From positions 1 through 64,000 of IMG/VR virus record IMGVR_UViG_3300032136_000002: a stretch of 64,000 nt of DNA; one strand, written 5' to 3'. The stretch comes from a virus. The notes beneath the pieces were generated by a model. It ran no database searches, was not told the DNA's origin, and saw nothing but the letters and a program-made list of their open reading frames with translations. Within the stretch, counting starts at the first letter, position 1; the number at the start of each line of letters is the position of its first letter. Below are positions 36,576 to 46,387 of this stretch, one piece after another. The position numbers and the translations under genes are program-made.

Positions 36576-39500
36576 TCAGTACGGCCCCTTTTTGCCCTTG
36601 CCAAATTCGGCTCCATAAGCAAGCCCTGGGACCGGATGCGCCCCATGCAGGTCGCTAACCCATCCCCGTTGGGCACCCTCTATAACGGTTGACTTCAGAT
36701 TCTCATGATTCAGCCGAGCAAGCCAATCCTCCTGGAGGTCAAGGGGAATTTGGCCGACGCCTTTGATCATGGGCTCGTACTTGATCGGCTTCTTCCCCTT
36801 GAGCTCACCGCGGTTGATTTGCTGGATTGTACCTAAGGGGACCTGGTCATTGCGAACGACATCTATGCTGTCCCCAGGGTCAACTACCCGGGCGTTGTTG
36901 GTCATCGTGCGCACCACCACCTCTGAGTGCCGGCGCTTGACCCCCTCTGCGGAGTAGATGCTATTGAGCTCATCGGCCAAGTAGTTCTGCACTGTGTTCA
37001 CGTTGGTCAAAGGCAACAGCTCATGCGGGTTGACGGGTCCCCCTGTCAAAGGCATCCCCTTCTTCACGCGGTCACCTTTTTTGATGTTGAGCTTCCGATT
37101 GGCCCGTACATAGTGCCGCCGGCCGGCTACCATCACGTTCCACCCACCAGCGGGGTCCTTCTTGATGGACTGTACCGTCCCACCCGTAGAGGCCAGCACA
37201 GCAGAGCCTTTGAGCTTTTGAGTGAGGTTCAAGAGCTCGTTGGAGCGGCCGAAGTCATCAAGGGCTTTCTTCTGTCCTGCAGGGGCCATGACACCCCCGG
37301 CGTGGAACTGCCGCATCTGAAGCTGCGTTCCCCGCTCACCCAATGACTGCGAGGCTAGCACCCCAATGTTTGTCCCCTCGTCATAGAGCTGGCCCGTCTC
37401 AGAGAGTCCCAAGCACTTCTGGCAAACTCCGTTGGTATGAGCGCATCGCATGGGCGAACGGACCACAACCTTAGGGACCTTGGCCTTGCGCATCTGGCTG
37501 AGGTGCTCAGGCTTGAGCAGCGTGCCCGCGGGAATGACGCCGTCACCCACTTTGATATCGAGCTGCGTGTGCCGACCCAAGATGTCGGACTCATCGGTCG
37601 ACAGGGCAATCCCCGCATCGGTCTTGCAGTCAGCTGAGTCGACGAGTTGATTCATCGAAGCGTTGACCAGCCGCTTGGACAAGTACCCCGGCTCAGACAC
37701 AGACTGGACCTTCTGAATGATGCCCTTACGGCCGCCTGACACCGAGGCCCAGTAGTCAGCCGACGAGAGGCCCTCTGAGTAGGAGCGCTCAACGGGAGAA
37801 GGGACCGGTCGACCTTGGGCATCCTCGTACAGCACGGGGGCCGCAGTGAGCTGACGGTAGCCGTTCCCTTTGATGCCAGCGCTGCGCTCGGTGCGGTCCA
37901 AGTTCGTGAGACCCTTCTGGGCTTTCCCCTTCACCTTGGTCTCAATCTCAGTCAACGCATCGGCGTAGACCGAGACCAGCTTCTTTGCGTCCTCCTCCTT
38001 CTCCATGTTGAGACCGGCCGTGCGCTCCCGGGCCTTCTTGAGCACCGGGTCTCGAACGTCGCGGTGAACCTTCAGGTCGTCGAGGCCGACAGTGTACCCC
38101 ATGAAGTAAGCGCGCTCGTTACCCAGGTCCTTGAGTCGGTCGACTCGGCGAGCGTAACTCTTGGGGTCGAGCTCCGCCATCTGCTGGTAGGTCTTCCCCT
38201 GTTCCTTCTTGTCGAACCGGTACTTGAAATCGCTCAGGATCTTCTCATCCTGCATATCCTTGGGGAGGGTGGCGTGCAGCTGCAACCGTCCCAGGGTCGT
38301 CTTCTTCCCCCCGACCTGGGCTACATCGGTCACGTCCAGCTTTCCTTGTTTGACCGCCTTCTCAAGATCAGCTTGGTTGGAAAACTTCAAGTTGGACTGC
38401 TTGCCTACCTCAGTCAGATTGTAGAGCCCGACTTGCATCTCTTTGATGGGCGTATAAGCGACTTTCCCAGAGGCGGGGGAGAAAAGGATGTTCGACGGCT
38501 TCATCTTCTCCGCTTCTTCCACAGCCTCGTTTGTCATAGGAACAAACGCTGCCATGGTATCCCCGTCAAAGTCTGCACCATAAGAGCTGGTCACGAGCGG
38601 ATGTATTTGAATTGCTTTGCCTTCAGTCAACCGAGGTTTGAAAGCTTGAACTCCGTGTTTGTGAAGAACGGGGTCGCGTTTGAGCAACACTGGTCGCTGT
38701 TCAGCCGCGCGCTCAAGCGCCTTATTGGCGATGGCCGTATTCTGTTGGATCTCTTGTTTGGCCTGCATGGGAGTGAGGCCAAAAGAATTACGGATTTCAC
38801 GGACGACGAACGGCTTGTACATCTCCATCGCCGCTTTACGGGGAATGCCCACCTCATCCAAGCTGAGGGACGGCTCCGGCACGATGGTCGAGCGCATCGT
38901 CATGTCCTGCCGCTTCTTGATGAGTTTCCGCTGGTAGAACCCCGTCTTGGGGTTAGCCCCCGCGATGACGTCGAGGATGCCGGGGTAGTCACGGTTGAGG
39001 GTACCTCCAAGACCAGTGAGGCTCTTCATCTCGTCATAGAGCTCGCGACGCAGTGGGGCCCGCTCTTCATCAGGGAGCCCCTTGTGCATGGTGCGGAGCT
39101 TCTGGTTGGTCAGTGAGATGTGCTTGTAGAACTGGTTGACATCTTCAAACTGGATGGACCCATCGCCTGAAACGCTCATCGGCCGCATGACGGGGGGCAT
39201 GACCGGAACGTGCTTGGTCATGTACGCCTCAGTCGGCGAGAGCTTGGCTTTCTTCAAAGCGCTCAGATATTTGATACGCCGGTTGGCCTTGTTGAGCGGC
39301 GTGCCGCGGAGCTTCCCTATCCGCCCCCGTTCGGCCTCGAGCTCTTTGTCGATGTCCACATTCTTGAGCAGCCGACCGACCGCACTCGGCCCGTACTGGG
39401 CCCCCTCAACGTCAGCATCCACCAACTTGCCGTCAGCGGTCACCCCTTTCTCACCATTGATAACCTTCTGGTACTCCTTGCGGTCCACCCCAGTGAGTGA

Positions 39501-42500
39501 GGAGATGGCCCCTTCGAACAGCGGGTTGGGCATGGGCTCGTGCAGCGTGATGTGGCTCCACTTCTTTCCCTCTGTCCCGCCCGTGGTCTCAGGGTCGAAC
39601 AGCCCCCCCTTCTCTGGGTCGAGCGTCCCGGCCTTGACTGACTTGCCTCCGTCTTTGATGGCGCCTGAGCTCGTCTCGAGGACCTGCTTGTCCGTGAGCG
39701 GAAGGAGGTTGAGACTGTTGCCCTCCTTCTCGACGTTCACCCCGACCGTCTTGAGCATCCCCTCGAACTTTTTGAAGGCGAAGGTTGGTTTGGGTGGTGG
39801 AAGGAGCTCGCCGGCTTGCAAAGCACCCCAGAGTTCGTCGTTGTCACCGTGTTGACCTCGATCAGCTTTGTACGTGGCCATCTCGCGAATATTGTGAACG
39901 GCGCCGTGAGATAGCAGGGAGTACAACTCCATCTGTCCCATGGCCTGCCCCCCGTGAGGGTGGCCCGACCGCGGGGCCAGGTTGCGGTCGTAGGAGGCCC
40001 GGGAACGGGCGGTCATCTTCTGGTCGACCTGGTGGTGGAGCTTCAACGTATACTGCTGCCCCGTCATGACGTTAGGAATCTCTTTGCCCGTCTTGGGGTC
40101 AATGAGGTTCTCCGTGTCAGAGAGCTCGGCCTTCTTCAGAGCGGCCTTCACCTCACCCCGCGCATCGTCGAGGGCGAAGTTCTGCACCTTGAAGGGCTTC
40201 CCTTCCTTCTCCGCTATCTTGCCGGCCGCCGTCTCGAGTATCTGGCCTACGTTCATCCGGCCCATGACGCCAAGCGGGTTATGGAGGACCTGAATGGGTT
40301 TCCCGTCCTTGGTCTGAGGCATCTCTGAGTCAGGAGTCACACGAACGACAATCCCCTTGTTAGCGTGACGACTTACAATTTTGTCGCCAACTTGCGCGGG
40401 TTCCTCGGTCTTGACGTGAACCTTGACCCCGTCACGGGACTTGGTGACCTCGACGACCTCACCGGGGAAATCCTGGTCCCAGACCTGGCCCTTGTCGTCG
40501 TAAGTCCGAAGGAGGCTCTTGTGGATGCGGCCGAGGTCCATCTCCCCCTTGCGGACCACACGCTTGGTCATGCCGGCGATGAGCGTGTCTCCGGGCTCCA
40601 CCCGCTGGCCCACCTTGATGACTCCGTCGTCGCCGAGCTTCTCCTGCTGTTTCACCGTCATCCGCTGGGGGAAGTTGGCGACGTAGGACTTCTTCCCCTT
40701 GAGCTCACCCTCGGCCTTGTGAAAGCCCTTCTTATACAGGTGTTCCGACGTGAGTTGGCGAGCTGCGGACTCACTGATGACGATGCCGTCTTCGACGTTG
40801 TGCCCCTTAGCCGGGAGGTAAGCTACGCGGAGGTTGACGCCGGGAGCGTAAGTGCCTCCCTTCGAGAAATTCGTGTCGGCGATGAGCTGCCCCTCTTTCA
40901 CTGTGTCGCCGACCTTCACTTGGGGCTCAGAGTTGAGGACCCCCTTTTTCTCGTTAAGCGGGTAGTTGTCGTAGATCGGAACGTCTTTGACCTTCCCGTC
41001 TGCGCCCTTGATTTTGATCGAGTCCTTCTCGACGCCGACTACCTCCCCTGCAAGGGGAGCCGTTTGAGCGGTGAAGCTTCCCATCACGTCATCAAAGCTC
41101 TTGCCGCCCTGGACCGACTGGACTAGCGGGGCCTCCCGGTACTTGAGGGAGACGGCCTGCTCCTGGTGCCGCCCGCTCATGGTCACCCGGTTCTGGGAGT
41201 TGTTCCCGAGGAAGGGGACCATGTTGAGGGGGAGTGAGAACATCTGGGCCGCCGAGGGCATGACGTAGTCAGCCTTCTTCATCGAGGTGAGCCCCATCTT
41301 CCCCTCTTTGAGGCTGGCCTTAAGCTGGTCCCGCTTGGGGGTGGGCTTCCCGTCCTTCCCCCACGTCACCTCATCGGCCATAACCACGACTTTCTCTTGT
41401 GCCGTGGCGGGGTCAACTCTCTCCACTTTCCCCGTTTTGGTGTTGTAGAGGGGGATGGTTATGCTACCCTTCTCTTTACGCATTCCAAGCGCAGTGTGAA
41501 GAGTTACGCCTGTCTTCGGACCTTCCGGAGTATGGAGGGGGTCTAGGAACCCCAGGTGTGAAGGGTCAACGAGCTTCACTTCCTCGGTGAGCTTGTGCTC
41601 ACTCTGAATGCCTCCCTCGGTCCCAACGACGGTGGTCTTTTGCTGACCGCCCACCATAGCCACGGGGTTTGTGTCGTCGGCTTGGTTGGCCAGGGAGCTC
41701 TTGGCGAAGAATTGGTTGATGGGCCGGTTGAAGTAGTCCGTACCCACGATGTCTTTGATCTTGCCCTTGCGGTCCAGGTTGTTCAGAACCCGTCGCTCAA
41801 TGATGGGCTTCTGCTCTTTGATGCGGTTCGAGATGAAGTCCTCAACCCCTTGGAGCTGCTTGAACTGAAGAGACTCCCGGTTGTCCGGCTCCCGCTCCCC
41901 CCGAGACACCTTCAAAAGGTTGGAGCTGGTTTCCATCATGGCCACTGGGCCCAACGTTTTTATGGGCTTACCGAGAGTCTTCTTGGTAACCTCCGGGTCG
42001 AGCTCAGCTCCCTCGAAGCGATCTCGAATCACCTGAGAGGCATCTTCAAAGGTGGTCGCCTTGGCCCGCGGGTTGATCTTTCCCGCCAGGCGGATGATGT
42101 CTTGCTCCACCTTCTTTTGGTCCACCTTGTTGGCAGCGAAGATTTCGCGACCCCACTTCTTCTCGAGGGCCTTATCCCCTACGCCCAGGGCCTGCATGAC
42201 GGAGTAAAGCGGGGGGTTGGACCCACCGATCCGCATCTTGAACTTCCGTTTGCCTGGGTCAAAATCAAGGTGGTAGGACCCACCCCTGATGTTGATTTGG
42301 CTCTCAAGCTCGCCGTTCTGCTTCACCCTCGAGTAGACCCCCGGTCGCAAAGTCCAGAGGTTGTCCGTCTGATACTCAGTCCCGTTGACGATGTACGAGT
42401 ACCTGCGGGTGATTTGAGGTAGTGTGGCCACTCGCCTGGTCGAGGTATCAACTACTTTGCCCGTCTTGTTGTCGACTAACTCGAAAGAAGCTTTGACGAC

Positions 42501-42695
42501 TGATCCAAAGGTACGCCCGGCCAGCTTCTTCTCTTTCTGCGTCCGAACGTCATGCGTGTCTGGCTCGTCTGTGACCTCAACCCCGGTCACCCTGAGAGTC
42601 TGAGCACTTCCTTTGATAGGGAATGACTGATGAATCGCCTTGGTCACCCGTTCTTTGAGAGCTTCTTGGCTCTCTCGCGGGTCAAGTCGCGCCAT
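36576..42695 (-). CDS. DNA-directed RNA polymerase, fused beta-beta' single polypeptide (2039 aa)
   Basis: Beta motifs TPEG, GDKIVSRHANKG, RMNVGQ, KLHH and GGQAMGQME, then beta' motifs GGLFD, KRDPVLH, GADFDGD, GYLSKRL and GERGTQLQMRQFH, all in one frame. Confidence 0.92.
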   Translation of the reverse strand: MARLDPRESQEALKERVTKAIHQSFPIKGSAQTLRVTGVEVTDEPDTHDVRTQKEKKLAGRTFGSVVKASFELVDNKTGKVVDTSTRRVATLPQITRRYSYIVNGTEYQTDNLWTLRPGVYSRVKQNGELESQINIRGGSYHLDFDPGKRKFKMRIGGSNPPLYSVMQALGVGDKALEKKWGREIFAANKVDQKKVEQDIIRLAGKINPRAKATTFEDASQVIRDRFEGAELDPEVTKKTLGKPIKTLGPVAMMETSSNLLKVSRGEREPDNRESLQFKQLQGVEDFISNRIKEQKPIIERRVLNNLDRKGKIKDIVGTDYFNRPINQFFAKSSLANQADDTNPVAMVGGQQKTTVVGTEGGIQSEHKLTEEVKLVDPSHLGFLDPLHTPEGPKTGVTLHTALGMRKEKGSITIPLYNTKTGKVERVDPATAQEKVVVMADEVTWGKDGKPTPKRDQLKASLKEGKMGLTSMKKADYVMPSAAQMFSLPLNMVPFLGNNSQNRVTMSGRHQEQAVSLKYREAPLVQSVQGGKSFDDVMGSFTAQTAPLAGEVVGVEKDSIKIKGADGKVKDVPIYDNYPLNEKKGVLNSEPQVKVGDTVKEGQLIADTNFSKGGTYAPGVNLRVAYLPAKGHNVEDGIVISESAARQLTSEHLYKKGFHKAEGELKGKKSYVANFPQRMTVKQQEKLGDDGVIKVGQRVEPGDTLIAGMTKRVVRKGEMDLGRIHKSLLRTYDDKGQVWDQDFPGEVVEVTKSRDGVKVHVKTEEPAQVGDKIVSRHANKGIVVRVTPDSEMPQTKDGKPIQVLHNPLGVMGRMNVGQILETAAGKIAEKEGKPFKVQNFALDDARGEVKAALKKAELSDTENLIDPKTGKEIPNVMTGQQYTLKLHHQVDQKMTARSRASYDRNLAPRSGHPHGGQAMGQMELYSLLSHGAVHNIREMATYKADRGQHGDNDELWGALQAGELLPPPKPTFAFKKFEGMLKTVGVNVEKEGNSLNLLPLTDKQVLETSSGAIKDGGKSVKAGTLDPEKGGLFDPETTGGTEGKKWSHITLHEPMPNPLFEGAISSLTGVDRKEYQKVINGEKGVTADGKLVDADVEGAQYGPSAVGRLLKNVDIDKELEAERGRIGKLRGTPLNKANRRIKYLSALKKAKLSPTEAYMTKHVPVMPPVMRPMSVSGDGSIQFEDVNQFYKHISLTNQKLRTMHKGLPDEERAPLRRELYDEMKSLTGLGGTLNRDYPGILDVIAGANPKTGFYQRKLIKKRQDMTMRSTIVPEPSLSLDEVGIPRKAAMEMYKPFVVREIRNSFGLTPMQAKQEIQQNTAIANKALERAAEQRPVLLKRDPVLHKHGVQAFKPRLTEGKAIQIHPLVTSSYGADFDGDTMAAFVPMTNEAVEEAEKMKPSNILFSPASGKVAYTPIKEMQVGLYNLTEVGKQSNLKFSNQADLEKAVKQGKLDVTDVAQVGGKKTTLGRLQLHATLPKDMQDEKILSDFKYRFDKKEQGKTYQQMAELDPKSYARRVDRLKDLGNERAYFMGYTVGLDDLKVHRDVRDPVLKKARERTAGLNMEKEEDAKKLVSVYADALTEIETKVKGKAQKGLTNLDRTERSAGIKGNGYRQLTAAPVLYEDAQGRPVPSPVERSYSEGLSSADYWASVSGGRKGIIQKVQSVSEPGYLSKRLVNASMNQLVDSADCKTDAGIALSTDESDILGRHTQLDIKVGDGVIPAGTLLKPEHLSQMRKAKVPKVVVRSPMRCAHTNGVCQKCLGLSETGQLYDEGTNIGVLASQSLGERGTQLQMRQFHAGGVMAPAGQKKALDDFGRSNELLNLTQKLKGSAVLASTGGTVQSIKKDPAGGWNVMVAGRRHYVRANRKLNIKKGDRVKKGMPLTGGPVNPHELLPLTNVNTVQNYLADELNSIYSAEGVKRRHSEVVVRTMTNNARVVDPGDSIDVVRNDQVPLGTIQQINRGELKGKKPIKYEPMIKGVGQIPLDLQEDWLARLNHENLKSTVIEGAQRGWVSDLHGAHPVPGLAYGAEFGKGKKGPY

Positions 42696-42809
42696 GTGAT
42701 CCTCACTGTGGTGTGCCTATACGGACTCTAAGGTAGCGAAATTTATAAGTCAATGCCCGATATAAGAACTATGGTGCGAGACCGTTAGCTCATCGGTCTC
42801 TAGGAAGGT

Positions 42810-43025
42810 ATGAGTCAATTGAATCCCAATGGAAGTGGAACCTCTAGCGAGACCGTGTTCTCTGATGCCCTTAGTCTGTTTGAGGGCGTTGTGGAGAGCA
42901 TGGTGACTGAATGTTGTAGTGGATCTGGTCTCCTCGGTGAAGTCGGATCGGGAGTAGGCCCTTCAACCTGTTTGGCCGATGACATCGATATCGTGTCGTC
43001 GTCCCTATCGGATGAGGGGGAATGA
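42810..43025 (+). CDS. small acidic hypothetical protein
   Basis: RBS AGGAAGG; downstream of TATAAG motifs. Confidence 0.4.
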   Translation: MSQLNPNGSGTSSETVFSDALSLFEGVVESMVTECCSGSGLLGEVGSGVGPSTCLADDIDIVSSSLSDEGE

Positions 43026-43028
43026 GCG

Positions 43029-43127
43029 ATGCTTCTCTTCTTCATCAGTGTTTTCGTAGCGACAGTGTTGTCGTGTATTACGGAGACTATGGCGGATTGG
43101 GAAGCGGGTCGCTTTTGGTGCTGGTAG
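43029..43127 (+). CDS. 32-aa hydrophobic peptide (MLLFFISVFVATVLSCITE...)
   Basis: Manual translation; followed by a hairpin. Confidence 0.35.
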   Translation: MLLFFISVFVATVLSCITETMADWEAGRFWCW

Positions 43128-43144
43128 GCACCTGAGGCGGTAAC

Positions 43145-43182
43145 AGGTGGCCCTAACCTCACGGGAGGGGCCACCTCCTTTT
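43145..43182 (+). terminator. terminator-like hairpin between convergent genes
   Basis: AGGTGGCCCT/GGGGCCACCT stem followed by CCTTTT. Confidence 0.55.
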
Positions 43183-46100
43183 AGATTGCCGCCGCTTCCG
43201 GACCTCGACGAGGAGCTCTCCCTTCAGGAAGAGGGGCTCCGGCACTTCGAGGACCTTGTTGATTCCCACCGCGGGTGAGCAGCTCAACGACCATGTCGGC
43301 GAGTTGCGGGCTCTGTTGCGCTATCTGTTGCAACGCCACCTGCTGATGCTCTGGGGGCATCTGAGCCATCTGCTGCGCCATCTGCTGAGCAATCTCAGGG
43401 AGAGGTTGCTGTGGAGGAGGTTCAGCCGCTGGCTGCCCCGGAACACCGCCCTGTTGCACCCCCTCCAATGCCTCGCCAGGCGCCGCGTCTGTCATCCCCT
43501 GCTGAGCTTGCATTTGCTCACGCTGCATGACAGCTTGGCTCCGCGCCTGGTACTTGCTCATGACCACCTGGGCTTCGCCTTGAACCTCGGCCTGGGCCAA
43601 CTGGTTCTTTTTTAGCGTCTCCATGCGCCGGGCCGCCTCGGCCATCATGAGCTCGTCCTCCTTCTCCGGAGAGAGGTCGGCGTCGAGCAAGAGTGTGGAG
43701 TCTGACACCTTCTGCGCCTGGTTGTACTGGAAGAGAAGCGCTTTGCGCTGCAGGTCGTCGGCCATCTTGAAGGGCTTGAACCTCACTCGAGGCTCGGGCC
43801 ACTCGAGGTACGTCGCGACGTTCTTCACGATGAAGTGGCGCAGGACATGGGTCATGTCCGAGACATAGCGAATGAAGTGATTCTCCAGCATCCGCATCGA
43901 CACGTTGCTTCCACTAAAGGAAAGCCCTCCGGTGATAAACTCTCGAGGGACGTGCATGCCGGCGATGATGTGGTCGTTGAGCATCTGCATCTCCTGGAAG
44001 GTCAGCAGTGCTCGGCCGTCTCCTCCAATGACCTGATGCCCCAAGGGCAGCGGCATGATGGGGACGTAGGCCCGGTCCTTGCGCCACCGATTGATCTCAG
44101 CTTGCACGTGGTCCCGCCATTTTCGAAGGTCAATGGAGCTGTTATGAGTCGCCACCCCAGCCACACAAAACGATTTGTCCCCACGCACCTGGAAGCCGCG
44201 GACCACGTCAACTCCTTCAATAGCAACTTTGCTCCGAACCCTGAGGTACACATAGCCGTCTCGGAAGAACCCGCACCGTGAGTGCCCTGGAGGTGCTTCT
44301 GGCCCTCGGCCCAACAGGTGGGCCAGATAGTCCGCTTGAGTGCCGTTCACGTTCACCTGGTAGTACGGCAGTTTGGCTATCTCGTCCTCTCGCGGGATAG
44401 TGCATTGGGTCGTAGGGAGCACTTCGTGGGAGAGCAAGATGGTGCGCGCATCCATCGCAAGTTGAGGGCTTACGGTCTTCAGCCCAATACGCCTCGTCGC
44501 AGTGCTGAAGTCACACCCATCCCCGAGTAACAACCCCTCGAGAGCACTGAGCGCTATGGGGCCTGGTGCCTCCATAATGAATCGAGGGAGCCGTTTGCGC
44601 TGCGCCCCTCGGCCACATGCGAATAGGACACTGCTGAGGATGACGTCATTGACTACGTACTCAATGCACCCCGGACCATGAGCGAAGGTCCCACTCGGTT
44701 TATGGGCTAGTCCAGCAAGCGCCTGGTCGAGCCTTTGACGTAGGTGGGGTTTGTCGATGTCTAAGGCTAGTGCGGCAAGCGCGCCCTTGGTCGACCCTTG
44801 TGCTGCGTAGAGGCCTATGACAAAGGCCAAGTCACTGGTCACCGGGAGATACCGAGGGGTGCGCTCAATCTGCCCTTGCTGCACAAAAGCAGCGCGGGCG
44901 TTGTTGAACTCCTCAATAGACCACCCCCGATCAGCCAAAAAGTCCATCCGGGGGGAGGCCTGCCGGGACAACCCCACCCGAGAAAAATCTGGGAGCCCCT
45001 CCTGCTCAAAATACTCATAGATTTCGGCTGACTGCTGGTTTATCCGACGATAAACCCAAGACTTAGTGGCTGCCCGCTCCGGGTTGTACTCCGCCAAATC
45101 AAGCTGTAACGCAGTCCACGTTGGCCGGTGGGTGGGATAGCAGACGTAGTCCTTCTCAGCCACATCCTTCGCCTCGACCCATGAAGGCTCCCCCAAACTA
45201 TCGTAACCACGCCATTCCCCAGGCACCCGTTTCACTGCCAATAGGGGGTGCCCTGCGGACAACGTAAAGGGGAAGGCCGTCAACGAAGCGGCAGTCACCT
45301 TGAATACCGGTTCCCCAACCTCAACAGGACGGTCAACTGCGGCCTCTACTTTTTCCCACCGACCCTTATGGGTACGGACAAAATCACCTTGATCCACTTC
45401 CCCCGCAGGTTTAATCCCCTTTCGTGTCTCGATCAGAGTGTCGTGAGTGACACAGTAAGGGTCTGCCTGAGCGGAACCAGCTGCAGGGTAAATGATAGAC
45501 AGCGGGTAGATGCGCTCAAGGGCCACGGCCTCATTCGACTTTTTCAACACCTGAAGCAAGAACGCGTCTTTGAGCACTGGGAGGAGCATGGGGATACCCA
45601 TCCCTGCATCCTTGGTCCCCGTGAGCATGCTTGGCCGCCGGAGGTGGCAGAAGTTCGTCTTGTAGAGCCGGAGCTGCTTCTGCTTGCGTACGGCGTCCAA
45701 CACAATTTGAGGCATCACTTCTATCACGTGGGGCTTGCCCAGCATGATGTCGTTCTTGACCGACCGCGGTACCCGGAAGAAGTAACTGTCCTCTCCCGTA
45801 ATGTCGTTGTGCACCACGGTGATGTCTTCCGGATTCCAGATAATCAGCTTGATGTCGCGAGGGCTCTTGATCTGAACATCACGGACTTCAGCCTCGCCGC
45901 TCACCCCACACTCTGGACAGGGGTTGAGGACGAACTTGTGATGCTGGAATCTGTAAGTCGAATCTTTGATCGCTGTCCATTGACCGCAAGAACCGCACTT
46001 CAGGTATTTCACGAACGGGTACTGGATAGAAATCATTGAGTTCCCGTACGCGTAGTAGTACAGACCTAAATCGAGGAAGAACTTCCGAATCTGGAGAGTG

Positions 46101-46387
46101 TCTTCGAGGAACTCCTCCCACAACTCTGTGACTTCTTTAGTCTTGTGCTCCACTACAATATCGGTGAGCGGGTACTCAGCCATTTTGCTGATGACTGCTG
46201 AGACTGTTGGGTTGGTCAGGTAGAAGTAGCGGCACCATCGGAACAGCCGACGGATAGTGTCCGGAAGGTAGGTCTGGGCAACATCGAAGAACGGGGATGG
46301 GTAGGAAAGTCCACTCGAGCTGCCGCCTGTAATGCGGCTGCGCGCAGGGCTGAAACGCTCGAAATTCCCTTGGTTATAGTCAAACAT
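43181..46387 (-). CDS. portal protein containing an intein
   Basis: YYAYGN, HLRR...GMGIP portal-like motifs; Q-rich C-terminus; intein at 44141-45454. Confidence 0.8.
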   Translation of the reverse strand: MFDYNQGNFERFSPARSRITGGSSSGLSYPSPFFDVAQTYLPDTIRRLFRWCRYFYLTNPTVSAVISKMAEYPLTDIVVEHKTKEVTELWEEFLEDTLQIRKFFLDLGLYYYAYGNSMISIQYPFVKYLKCGSCGQWTAIKDSTYRFQHHKFVLNPCPECGVSGEAEVRDVQIKSPRDIKLIIWNPEDITVVHNDITGEDSYFFRVPRSVKNDIMLGKPHVIEVMPQIVLDAVRKQKQLRLYKTNFCHLRRPSMLTGTKDAGMGIPMLLPVLKDAFLLQVLKKSNEAVALERIYPLSIIYPAAGSAQADPYCVTHDTLIETRKGIKPAGEVDQGDFVRTHKGRWEKVEAAVDRPVEVGEPVFKVTAASLTAFPFTLSAGHPLLAVKRVPGEWRGYDSLGEPSWVEAKDVAEKDYVCYPTHRPTWTALQLDLAEYNPERAATKSWVYRRINQQSAEIYEYFEQEGLPDFSRVGLSRQASPRMDFLADRGWSIEEFNNARAAFVQQGQIERTPRYLPVTSDLAFVIGLYAAQGSTKGALAALALDIDKPHLRQRLDQALAGLAHKPSGTFAHGPGCIEYVVNDVILSSVLFACGRGAQRKRLPRFIMEAPGPIALSALEGLLLGDGCDFSTATRRIGLKTVSPQLAMDARTILLSHEVLPTTQCTIPREDEIAKLPYYQVNVNGTQADYLAHLLGRGPEAPPGHSRCGFFRDGYVYLRVRSKVAIEGVDVVRGFQVRGDKSFCVAGVATHNSSIDLRKWRDHVQAEINRWRKDRAYVPIMPLPLGHQVIGGDGRALLTFQEMQMLNDHIIAGMHVPREFITGGLSFSGSNVSMRMLENHFIRYVSDMTHVLRHFIVKNVATYLEWPEPRVRFKPFKMADDLQRKALLFQYNQAQKVSDSTLLLDADLSPEKEDELMMAEAARRMETLKKNQLAQAEVQGEAQVVMSKYQARSQAVMQREQMQAQQGMTDAAPGEALEGVQQGGVPGQPAAEPPPQQPLPEIAQQMAQQMAQMPPEHQQVALQQIAQQSPQLADMVVELLTRGGNQQGPRSAGAPLPEGRAPRRGPEAAAI
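44141..45454 (-). mobile_element. intein (438 aa) with LAGLIDADG homing endonuclease
   Basis: Y|CVTHDT...ATHN|S junctions; IGLYAAQGS and LEGLLLGDG LAGLIDADG helices. Confidence 0.9.
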
